Shown one piece after another: positions 16,071 through 22,340 of a DNA stretch of 26,051 nucleotides. The position numbers and the translations under genes were made by a program. The notes under the pieces are model-generated. The model was given only the letters and a program-made list of their open reading frames with translations, made no database searches and had not been told where the DNA came from. The stretch's first letter is position 1. The number at the start of each line of letters is the position of its first letter. The stretch comes from a virus (Duplodnaviria > Heunggongvirae > Uroviricota > Caudoviricetes). Location of the stretch: positions 1 through 26,051 of IMG/VR virus record IMGVR_UViG_3300015186_000011; one strand, written 5' to 3'.

Positions 16071-16393
16071 CACTCACCCCCGTTACCGTAAAGGGTTTCA
16101 GCAGCGGATTTATCCGGCTCGCCGGTTGCAGGTGCGATCGCCATGTCGGTGATCTGCAGGTCTGCGCTACGGTTAACGCCGTCATCAGTTTCGCGGGCAG
16201 ACAGTCCGCGAATTACCGCCTTAGCAGTAATCATCACTTCGGTTCCTACACCCTGCGGTTGCGCCTTGAGCTTATTCAGCGTGTCATTGTTCAACGTGAT
16301 GCAAAGCCCCCATGGATATTCGTCGCGGTTTTTGGTTTCTCCGCTCTCGTCCTGGTAGCTGTCGGTGCCGGTTTTGAGGTTGACCAGTTCCAT
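16070..16393 (-). CDS. Small head/neck-module protein (107 aa)
   Basis: ATG at 16393 lies 5 nt after AGGAG (the track's GTG at 16399 abuts the RBS). The stop overlaps the adaptor start. Confidence 0.65.
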   Translation of the reverse strand: MELVNLKTGTDSYQDESGETKNRDEYPWGLCITLNNDTLNKLKAQPQGVGTEVMITAKAVIRGLSARETDDGVNRSADLQITDMAIAPATGEPDKSAAETLYGNGGE

Positions 16394-16402
16394 ATACACT
16401 CC

Positions 16403-16427
16403 TGCAATAAAGGGGCCGAAGCCCCTT
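16403..16427 (-). terminator. Intra-operon terminator/attenuator after the capsid gene block
   Basis: Minus strand: AAGGGGC-uucg-GCCCCUU followed by UAUU. It lies between the stop at 16444 and the next RBS. Confidence 0.6.
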
Positions 16428-16443
16428 GTCTGATACGCGAGGC

Positions 16444-16779
16444 TTACACGCCCAGTTCTTTGCGCTTATCTGCGATTTTCTCGCGAAGCGTTTCGGCTTT
16501 GGCGTTATGGTGCGGCTTCTCGTTAAAGAGCAGTTCATACTCTTCGCGGATCTTATCCAGATCGCCATCTTCGGCTGCATCGTTGATGGGTTTGGCACTG
16601 GTTACGGTTTCTGCTGCTTTACCTGTAACCTTTGCTTTCGCCGCCTTCGCTGCATCGTTGATGGGCTCCAGTGCACTACCTGGCTCGCCGTCGTATTCAA
16701 TTTCAGAGCCCTCCGGCCACAGGTTATTGTGGATATGAGAGAGGCGCAGAACGCGGTACTTCGGTTTCTCACCTGACAT
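16444..16779 (-). CDS. Small capsid-associated protein (111 aa), decoration/staple candidate
   Basis: RBS GGGGA 5 nt before the ATG at 16779. It lies within the capsid block, and its size matches the ~12 kDa epsilon15 capsid staple protein as I recall it. The assignment among the three small ORFs is uncertain. Confidence 0.65.
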   Translation of the reverse strand: MSGEKPKYRVLRLSHIHNNLWPEGSEIEYDGEPGSALEPINDAAKAAKAKVTGKAAETVTSAKPINDAAEDGDLDKIREEYELLFNEKPHHNAKAETLREKIADKRKELGV

Positions 16780-16789
16780 CGATATCCCC

Positions 16790-17227
16790 TTAGCCGGTTA
16801 CTTTGGAGCGGATCGGATACGGCGTATTTGCATCAACATCCAGGTTAATGCCGGAAGTGAATTTGCCGGCCGTTAGTGGGCCAGTTGCGACGGAGTAGTT
16901 AACACGCAGATATCGCTGAACACCGGCAGGCACCTTTGCAGAAACAACTCGTTTACCTGCTGTCAGGGTAGCCTTTGCCAGTGCGCCACTATCATAAATA
17001 GTGGACCATGAGCTGTTATTCTCACTCGTCTGCAACTGGATGTTTACAGTTGCCTCACCACTTGCCGTGGCGGCTTCGTTAACCAGCGCCCAAAACTCAA
17101 GCGGGTAACCCACGCCGATATCGCGACGATTTCCATCAATTGGACCTAGATCGATTACGTCAGTAGAAGCCGCGGTATCAGTTACCGCCTGTGCTTCGGA
17201 GAACATCAACAGTTTGTCGGTGATCAT
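16790..17227 (-). CDS. Capsid decoration/cement-like protein (145 aa)
   Basis: It follows the major capsid gene directly. RBS GGAGA is present. The composition is beta-rich and Thr/Ser/Ala-rich. The function is inferred from position. Confidence 0.65.
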   Translation of the reverse strand: MITDKLLMFSEAQAVTDTAASTDVIDLGPIDGNRRDIGVGYPLEFWALVNEAATASGEATVNIQLQTSENNSSWSTIYDSGALAKATLTAGKRVVSAKVPAGVQRYLRVNYSVATGPLTAGKFTSGINLDVDANTPYPIRSKVTG

Positions 17228-17278
17228 CTTCTTTCTCCATTAGTGGGTCTGTTACGACCCACTGGTTAATAACAGGCG

Positions 17279-18271
17279 TTACACCACACGGGCTTCTGTT
17301 TCCAGAAGCGCATCAGTTTCACGGATTGGTACACCACGGAATGAAGTCCACCACTCGCCTTCTGTCTCTTTTACGCTGATCGCCAGAGATGTTTTCTCCA
17401 GAGATTGCAGATCAAGAGCCTGGCCTACAGTGCGGTTCATGTAGAACACCGGGCGACCCATTCCACGGTTTGGAATGCGATGCAGTGCTTTAACCATCAA
17501 CTTCGCAATATTTGCGGCAGAGGAAGGTTCTGAAAGATTGCTGACATCGATGTTTGCAATGCGAACAACATAACGCCAGTCACGCAGAGCAAGTCCGTTG
17601 TCCCATTTGTAATGGGTGCGATAGCCTTCGTACTTGCCGCCATTAGCATCTTCCAGTGTCACCTGGCCTTTATCTTCCATCTGGATGCCAGCCTTCTGCC
17701 CTTTCGGGAAGATGCCATGCACGGTGTTTTCGCCCCACACCACTAACCAGATTGAGGTGTTATCTGTACCCGTGCCACCAGCATCAATGATGTTCTGAGC
17801 ATTACCTGCAGACAGGCTGGAATAGCGGGAGGACAGTCCCATAAACTGCTGAGGGTTAACGCTGGAATCACCATAAAACAGCGTCTGCGCCATCTGCTGA
17901 TTCATCGCTTCAATAAATGCGCGGTCTTCAGACAGGCGGAATTCGGCGGTATTGCCGTTCAGATCAGCCAGTGACTTATCGACTTCAGCATAGGTTTCCA
18001 GCATGCCAACGGAATCGGTTACCTGCACTGTGGTTGATTTGCTTGGCTGTACGCCATAGTTCAGCAAACGCCAGGTAGCTGAAGGTAAACCAGAACGAAT
18101 GGTGGTTCGGTGTCCGGTAGGAAGGTTCCCTTCGACAAAAGGCATATCCTGAAGGATCGGGTTAGTTTGACCGAGAAGCTCGATAATCTTATCGACTTTC
18201 CCGTTTGGATCGACGCGCTTACCCCAGTCAGCCAGCGTTAGCGCAGTTAAGCCTTTAACAGCCATTGTCAT
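17279..18271 (-). CDS. Major capsid protein (330 aa; alternative start ATG 18265)
   Basis: Size ~36.8 kDa. It follows the scaffold gene and is followed by a hairpin (17240-17262). The GAGAGGAA RBS is only 2 nt from ATG 18271 but 8 nt from ATG 18265. Confidence 0.85.
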   Translation of the reverse strand: MTMAVKGLTALTLADWGKRVDPNGKVDKIIELLGQTNPILQDMPFVEGNLPTGHRTTIRSGLPSATWRLLNYGVQPSKSTTVQVTDSVGMLETYAEVDKSLADLNGNTAEFRLSEDRAFIEAMNQQMAQTLFYGDSSVNPQQFMGLSSRYSSLSAGNAQNIIDAGGTGTDNTSIWLVVWGENTVHGIFPKGQKAGIQMEDKGQVTLEDANGGKYEGYRTHYKWDNGLALRDWRYVVRIANIDVSNLSEPSSAANIAKLMVKALHRIPNRGMGRPVFYMNRTVGQALDLQSLEKTSLAISVKETEGEWWTSFRGVPIRETDALLETEARVV

Positions 18272-18279
18272 TTCCTCTC

Positions 18280-18975
18280 TTATTTGCCATAGAGCACTTC
18301 GGCCGCACTACGCTGGCCTTCATTACCACCGGTGACCATGCCATCTTCAGACATCGCCTTTCCGATTTTCACGAACGTTTTGACCAGATCAGGGTGATTA
18401 CCCAGCCCGGTGGTGTTCAGATATTCTTTGAGTTCAGGTGTCCCGAACTGGTCAAGCGCACGCTGTGCGGCGCTAAGGTTAGAAATCAACTTGTCGCCAC
18501 CGATTTCTTTGTCAGCTTTTACATCAGCAGCCCACTGCTCGGTTGTTTTCTGCCAGGCTTCTGCCTGGCGCTGCTGCACACCTGCCAGAATCTTCGGATA
18601 AGCATCAACCAGCTTTTGCGCTTGCTCGTTGGTCAGGTTAAGTTCTCGCGCCACCGGCTCGAATTCCTTCAACGCTTCTGTATCCAGCTCTACGCCTTCG
18701 GCAGCCTGAAACTCGTACTTCTCAGGCGCACCCTCTGGTTTATCGCCGTCCTTTTTTTCATCCTGCTTATCGTTTTCAGGCTTTTTGTCATCAGCAGGTT
18801 TATCGCCATCAGCAACAGGTTGTGGCTTATCACCTTCCGATTGTGATGGATCACCAACTGGAGCAGGGTTATCACCTGCAGGCGCTGACGGTTCTGACGC
18901 AGCCGGAGCTGCTCCACCATCGACTGGTTGCTCATTGCAAAGACGGCGATACAGCAAACGCTCAAATAAATTCAT
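18280..18975 (-). CDS. Scaffolding protein (231 aa)
   Basis: ATG at 18975 lies 5 nt after AGGAG (the track's GTG at 18981 overlaps the RBS). An acidic, Pro/Ala/Lys-rich low-complexity N-terminal half is followed by a helical C-terminal half. It lies between portal and capsid. Confidence 0.75.
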   Translation of the reverse strand: MNLFERLLYRRLCNEQPVDGGAAPAASEPSAPAGDNPAPVGDPSQSEGDKPQPVADGDKPADDKKPENDKQDEKKDGDKPEGAPEKYEFQAAEGVELDTEALKEFEPVARELNLTNEQAQKLVDAYPKILAGVQQRQAEAWQKTTEQWAADVKADKEIGGDKLISNLSAAQRALDQFGTPELKEYLNTTGLGNHPDLVKTFVKIGKAMSEDGMVTGGNEGQRSAAEVLYGK

Positions 18976-18977
18976 GA

Positions 18978-19274
18978 TCACTCCTGTTCACTGGCCTCTT
19001 TGGCCATCTTCAAATACTGTTCAGGGCAATGCGCCATAACGCGCTGAAACAGTTCCAGCGCCAGATTGCGTTGCCCCTCATTAAATGCCATTGCCATAGC
19101 GTCCATCGGTGAGATAGCGGAAAACACACGGCCTTTCTCCAGCACCGACCAGACAACGCGACGCCCCTGTTCACTGCTCATGACAAAGCGAATGTCATCA
19201 ATTTCACGCTGTGCCATGTCACGTTGTTTACGGGCGTTTTCTTCTTTCAGTTGATCATCTTCGTAATCTGTCAT
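18978..19274 (-). CDS. Small conserved head-module protein (98 aa)
   Basis: ATGA overlap with the portal stop (19274-19271). Charged helical protein of unknown function. Confidence 0.7.
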   Translation of the reverse strand: MTDYEDDQLKEENARKQRDMAQREIDDIRFVMSSEQGRRVVWSVLEKGRVFSAISPMDAMAMAFNEGQRNLALELFQRVMAHCPEQYLKMAKEASEQE

Positions 19275-20950
19275 TGTGATTGCCCACCCTGACCACTAAC
19301 TGCATTCGCCATAGCTGACAAAACACTCGGATCCGAAGTTTTAGCTTCGCTTAGCGTCTTGGCGCCCTGTGCCGCCGCCATTCCCATCGCCATCATTTGT
19401 TGCTGCTGTTGCTGCTGTGCCCGTTGCTGGCGAGCCTGCTCAACCTGTTCCTGCGGAACAATGACGGTTGGAGACACTCCGGACATATCAGCGAATGCAT
19501 CGATCGCCTGATCAACGTTGAGTTTGTCGAGAGCTTCTGGTTTCGCTTGCGCAAGTTGACCAATGAAGTTGACCGTAGACGCCAGACTGGACAGGCCGAT
19601 AGACTTCTGCGCCTGAGCCATGACGGAAATGTATTCGACCTTCAGGGGCATACCTTCCATCGCGTCAGGCGGTGGCGGCAGCATGTTTTTACGCACCATC
19701 ATCGAGAAAGCGCGGTCAATGAGAGGATTAAGACATTCGTCGTTCAGACGCTCCAGAACCGGCCCCAACATCAGAAGTTTTTCTTCTTTCATTTCGATCA
19801 CCGCTTCAACAGGCATCGAGCGGGTATTGATGTTCTGCAACATCATGAACAGATCGACAAAGTAGGCGCTGTTAATGATTTGACGAGTGTCCTGAATGTC
19901 TGCCACCAAATCTGCTGTACTGGGGTTAACCAGATAAGCAGGCCTGAAGCCATCCTGACCAGTAATCTGATCGATATACGTGATGTCGCCAGGAAGAAGG
20001 GAGGCGCGCTGATTCTTGAGGGAAGTCGGAGCAACCATCGGCGGATTGGTGGCTTTATCAATCAACTGCGACTTGCGCTTCTGGAGAAGCTGCAATGCCT
20101 TAACAGGTCCAAGCGCCAGCATACCCGGGCATGATGATCCATAAACATCTTCGCCATTAACTTCCCAGCGCGGAGCCATAATTGGAAACTCATCAAATCC
20201 GGACTCACGCAACAACTTGTCGTTATCGCCACCAACCTCGTAATAAACCGATTTGAATGGCTTGTTCTTGCTATCCAGCTTCGATGTATCGCGGTCAATG
20301 TTCGGGTAAACCGAATGCATCACGTCAATCCACTTCTCGTAGTTGCCGCTTTCCCACATGCTTTTTACGGATTCGCTGACGTTATTTAGCCCGAACTCCT
20401 GAACAAGCTGACGAACAGTCATAGAGAACTTGCGAAAACAGGTGTCAACACTGCCACGAGGTGAGTTAGCCAGGTAGTAACTGCCTATCGGGAATGGCAT
20501 TGTGCGAATGATGTCCTCGTCATCCTCCAGCACTGCCATTGCACCAGTGCTGTATGTGCCGAGGCTTCCGTATAACTGCGGAAGAGACTGGTAGAGATTC
20601 GACTTATTGAACATATCGTTCATGCGGTTCTGAACTGCCTCAAGCCACAACTTAACAGGGCCATAATCCATCATTTCAGGATCTGGCGTAGCCAGGCGAA
20701 ACCACGGACGCGCGGGGCTTGTGATGCCTGACATCATGCCGCTGGCGAGAGTGCGCGCCGCCATAGTCCCGGTCGAATCAATAATGCGTGTATTGCGCCG
20801 ATCGTTACGGTTGGCCTCAGAAGTCAGAAAGCGGGAACCACGCGGGTTGATGTAATCACTCAACTCGCGCCAGTGCGGCTCGAACGACTGACGCTCGCTT
20901 TCAAGTTGTGCGAACTGTTTGTTCAATCGCTCTTTAGTTGTTTCCGCCAT
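19271..20950 (-). CDS. Portal protein (559 aa)
   Basis: Size ~62 kDa and position upstream of scaffold/capsid. The C-terminal tail is Gln-rich. RBS GGAG lies 8 nt before the ATG at 20950. Confidence 0.85.
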   Translation of the reverse strand: MAETTKERLNKQFAQLESERQSFEPHWRELSDYINPRGSRFLTSEANRNDRRNTRIIDSTGTMAARTLASGMMSGITSPARPWFRLATPDPEMMDYGPVKLWLEAVQNRMNDMFNKSNLYQSLPQLYGSLGTYSTGAMAVLEDDEDIIRTMPFPIGSYYLANSPRGSVDTCFRKFSMTVRQLVQEFGLNNVSESVKSMWESGNYEKWIDVMHSVYPNIDRDTSKLDSKNKPFKSVYYEVGGDNDKLLRESGFDEFPIMAPRWEVNGEDVYGSSCPGMLALGPVKALQLLQKRKSQLIDKATNPPMVAPTSLKNQRASLLPGDITYIDQITGQDGFRPAYLVNPSTADLVADIQDTRQIINSAYFVDLFMMLQNINTRSMPVEAVIEMKEEKLLMLGPVLERLNDECLNPLIDRAFSMMVRKNMLPPPPDAMEGMPLKVEYISVMAQAQKSIGLSSLASTVNFIGQLAQAKPEALDKLNVDQAIDAFADMSGVSPTVIVPQEQVEQARQQRAQQQQQQQMMAMGMAAAQGAKTLSEAKTSDPSVLSAMANAVSGQGGQSQ

Positions 20951-20964
20951 TTCAATGACTCCGG

Positions 20965-21171
20965 TTACTGACCAAGCAGCGTTTTACCGCTGGTATTAGC
21001 GGTTGATGTGTCGCCCTGAGAACCGGTAAGCAGCGTAGAACTACGACCAGCAGCAGCGCGACGGCGACGTGTTTCTTCGTCGCGGGCATCAACAACGGCG
21101 GCATCCTGCTCCTGTGGTGCTGCCTGAACTTCTGGTGTTGCAGGCACTGATGGTGAGCTACCCATGCACAT
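20965..21171 (-). CDS. Small basic/Ser-Thr-rich protein (68 aa) preceding the portal
   Basis: ATG at 21171 with GGAGTCATTGAT upstream, almost the same initiation region as the portal. The RRRRAAAGRSSTLLTG motif looks like small conserved podovirus proteins I have seen. The overlapping 79-aa frame looks random. Confidence 0.5.
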   Translation of the reverse strand: MCMGSSPSVPATPEVQAAPQEQDAAVVDARDEETRRRRAAAGRSSTLLTGSQGDTSTANTSGKTLLGQ

Positions 21172-21198
21172 ATCAATGACTCCGTACGCAATTAAATT

Positions 21199-21276
21199 AT
21201 TACCAATTTAACCACATATGATTTATTTATCGTAGAAGGTTGACATTTGACGCGTGAATTATTACCTTTCAGGTAA
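21199..21276. promoter_or_regulatory. Intergenic control module, copy 2: ATTACC-N5-AACCACATATG (21199-21220), TTGACA (21240-21245), perfect dyad TTACC-tttca-GGTAA (21262-21276)
   Basis: Same motif pair and order as 1202-1267. It lies between the divergent portal operon (minus) and the RNA locus (plus). Confidence 0.5.
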
Positions 21277-21286
21277 CTAAAGAGCT

Positions 21287-21593
21287 CATTCCGGCTACTA
21301 ACCTGACTGGCTTGTCGTTAAATTGAACAGGTGGAGTGAGATTTTATTTTGAGCAGTACGGCGTATGGCACATGCGCCGATAGCGGTCTGGATACGTTTA
21401 AGGGGCACCCTCCCTTGCTCGGGCAAACGAACCAGGTAGCCGGAATGTGCAAGTCGAGCGGTTTTATTCCGCGCACGGGGATTCACCATCCCGGCGATTC
21501 GGTGTGACGCCTCGGAAGAGACGAGGGTACAACGATGAGAGCATTTATGGAGCCGCGACAAAGTGTGGCGCCTTAACAGGCTAAGTGCTCTCA
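21287..21593 (+). ncRNA. Unclassified, highly structured RNA candidate forming the 5' leader of the tRNA transcript
   Basis: No credible ORF. A 12-bp perfect helix pairs 21287-21298 with 21436-21447. Hairpins at 21359-21379, 21417-21424 (C-UCGG-G), 21458-21472, 21478-21492 and 21510-21526. A 9-bp helix pairs 21536-21544 with 21585-21593 and ends 5 nt before the tRNA. The ends are approximate. Confidence 0.5.
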
Positions 21594-21598
21594 GCGTT

Positions 21599-21675
21599 GT
21601 GGCATTAGCTCAGTTGGACAGAGCAACCGCCTTCTAAGCGGTTGGTCGCAGGTTCGAATCCTGCATGCCACGCCA
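21599..21675 (+). tRNA. tRNA-Arg (anticodon UCU, reads AGA), CCA encoded
   Basis: Hand-folded cloverleaf: acceptor GTGGCAT/ATGCCAC, D arm GCTC-AGTTGGAC-AGAGC, anticodon arm ACCGC-CTTCTAA-GCGGT, variable loop TGGTC, T arm GCAGG-TTCGAAT-CCTGC, discriminator G, CCA. Confidence 0.95.
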
Positions 21676-21718
21676 GAATCACGCCTAAGGACCGTGATAC
21701 CAGAAGTTCCAGGTGCTT

Positions 21719-21760
21719 GGCGGTGATGGTTTCCCTTGAAGGACTATCACCGCCCTTTTT
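21719..21760 (+). terminator. Rho-independent terminator T1 after the tRNA
   Basis: GGCGGTGAT (21719-21727) pairs with ATCACCGCC (21746-21754), with an inner TCC/GGA extension, followed by CTTTTT. Confidence 0.75.
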
Positions 21761-21838
21761 ACAGCAGGACGCCATTGCGATGACTTCATGCTGTAAACCC
21801 GTACAGCCACGGAAGGCAGAACTCATTGCTTCCAGTTC

Positions 21839-21862
21839 GCCCGGTTCGCCGGGCATTTTTTT
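21839..21862 (+). terminator. Rho-independent terminator T2, 16 nt upstream of the next start codon
   Basis: GCCCGG-ttcg-CCGGGC followed by A and T7. Confidence 0.85.
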
Positions 21863-21878
21863 AAGGTGAGATTAGACT

Positions 21879-22250
21879 ATGAGTGACAAAGACATTGAAT
21901 CTGAAATTCAGGCTAAAGGTTTAGCCGCGCCGCGCGTTACGCCAGACCATATCGAGAGCATTATTGCTCAGGAGGCATATTTCACAGCAGAAGATGGTGT
22001 CTTTGGCGTAGCCATAAAAGCGAAACATACTGGCGGAGAGGTAAACTACCAGCCGCACGAATCACTTTCTCTGCTGACTTTCTGCGTTCTGGTGCTGCGC
22101 AACGGCTTCACCGTCACCGGAGAGAGCGCCTGTGCAAGCCCGGAAAACTTTGATGCGGAAATTGGTCGGAAGATTGCCCGGCAGAATGCTGTAAACAAAA
22201 TCTGGATGCTTGAAGGTTACTTGCTGAAGCAGAAGTTAAGCGAGCAATAA
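21879..22250 (+). CDS. Gp49 / Sf6 gp66 family phage protein (123 aa), function unknown
   Basis: LTFCVLVLRNGFTVTGESACASPENFDAEIGRKIARQNAVNKIWMLEGYLLKQKL is the family signature as I remember it (Phage_gp49_66). RBS GGTGAG lies 8 nt upstream. Confidence 0.8.
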   Translation: MSDKDIESEIQAKGLAAPRVTPDHIESIIAQEAYFTAEDGVFGVAIKAKHTGGEVNYQPHESLSLLTFCVLVLRNGFTVTGESACASPENFDAEIGRKIARQNAVNKIWMLEGYLLKQKLSEQ

Positions 22251-22254
22251 CACC

Positions 22255-22266
22255 GTGACATGTCAC
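22255..22266. repeat. 12-bp palindrome GTGACATGTCAC (site 2 of 3)
   Basis: An exact copy, 4 nt after the stop of the Gp49-like gene and 4 nt before the terminator hairpin. Confidence 0.9.
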
Positions 22267-22270
22267 AAAC

Positions 22271-22297
22271 AGCCAGCCGATGAGCTGGCTTTGTTTT
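22271..22297. terminator. Bidirectional terminator between the Gp49-like gene and TerL
   Basis: AGCCAGC-cgatga-GCTGGCT with AAAC upstream and TTGTTTT downstream. Confidence 0.8.
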
Positions 22298-22340
22298 ATC
22301 CTCACCAGAGGATATCTCCGTCATTATCCCCGCTAACGGA

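Noticed and set aside
20952-21191. A 79-aa ORF in an alternative frame to the 68-aa ORF.
   Set aside because: Its composition is His/Arg/Leu-rich and random-looking and it has no RBS. The 68-aa frame has a GGAG RBS at proper spacing.
21298-21561. An 87-aa minus-strand ORF across the structured-RNA region.
   Set aside because: It has no RBS and an Arg/His/Cys-rich, random-looking sequence, and it is antisense to a region whose base-pairing pattern explains the sequence better. It is treated as non-coding.
21192-21598. Retron msr/msd, type III toxin-antitoxin RNA, a CRISPR array or a tracr-like RNA.
   Set aside because: There is no reverse transcriptase, toxin or cas gene in the window. There are no tandem direct repeats and no repeat-spacer periodicity.
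21599-21675. The tRNA as a prophage attachment site or genome boundary.
   Set aside because: It is full length with an encoded CCA. It is flanked on both sides by phage morphogenesis genes (portal and terminase). It has its own leader and terminators. No integrase or direct repeat of its 3' end is visible.
21676-21760. An HDV-like (theta-type) or hammerhead ribozyme immediately 3' of the tRNA.
   Set aside because: I could find only simple hairpins. There is no nested double pseudoknot and no CUGANGA/GAAA core. I cannot exclude it without a covariance-model search, so it is not claimed.
21605-21869. ORFs of 83 aa (minus) and 75 aa (plus) overlapping the tRNA and its trailer.
   Set aside because: They overlap a canonical tRNA and two terminator hairpins, and they have no translation signals.
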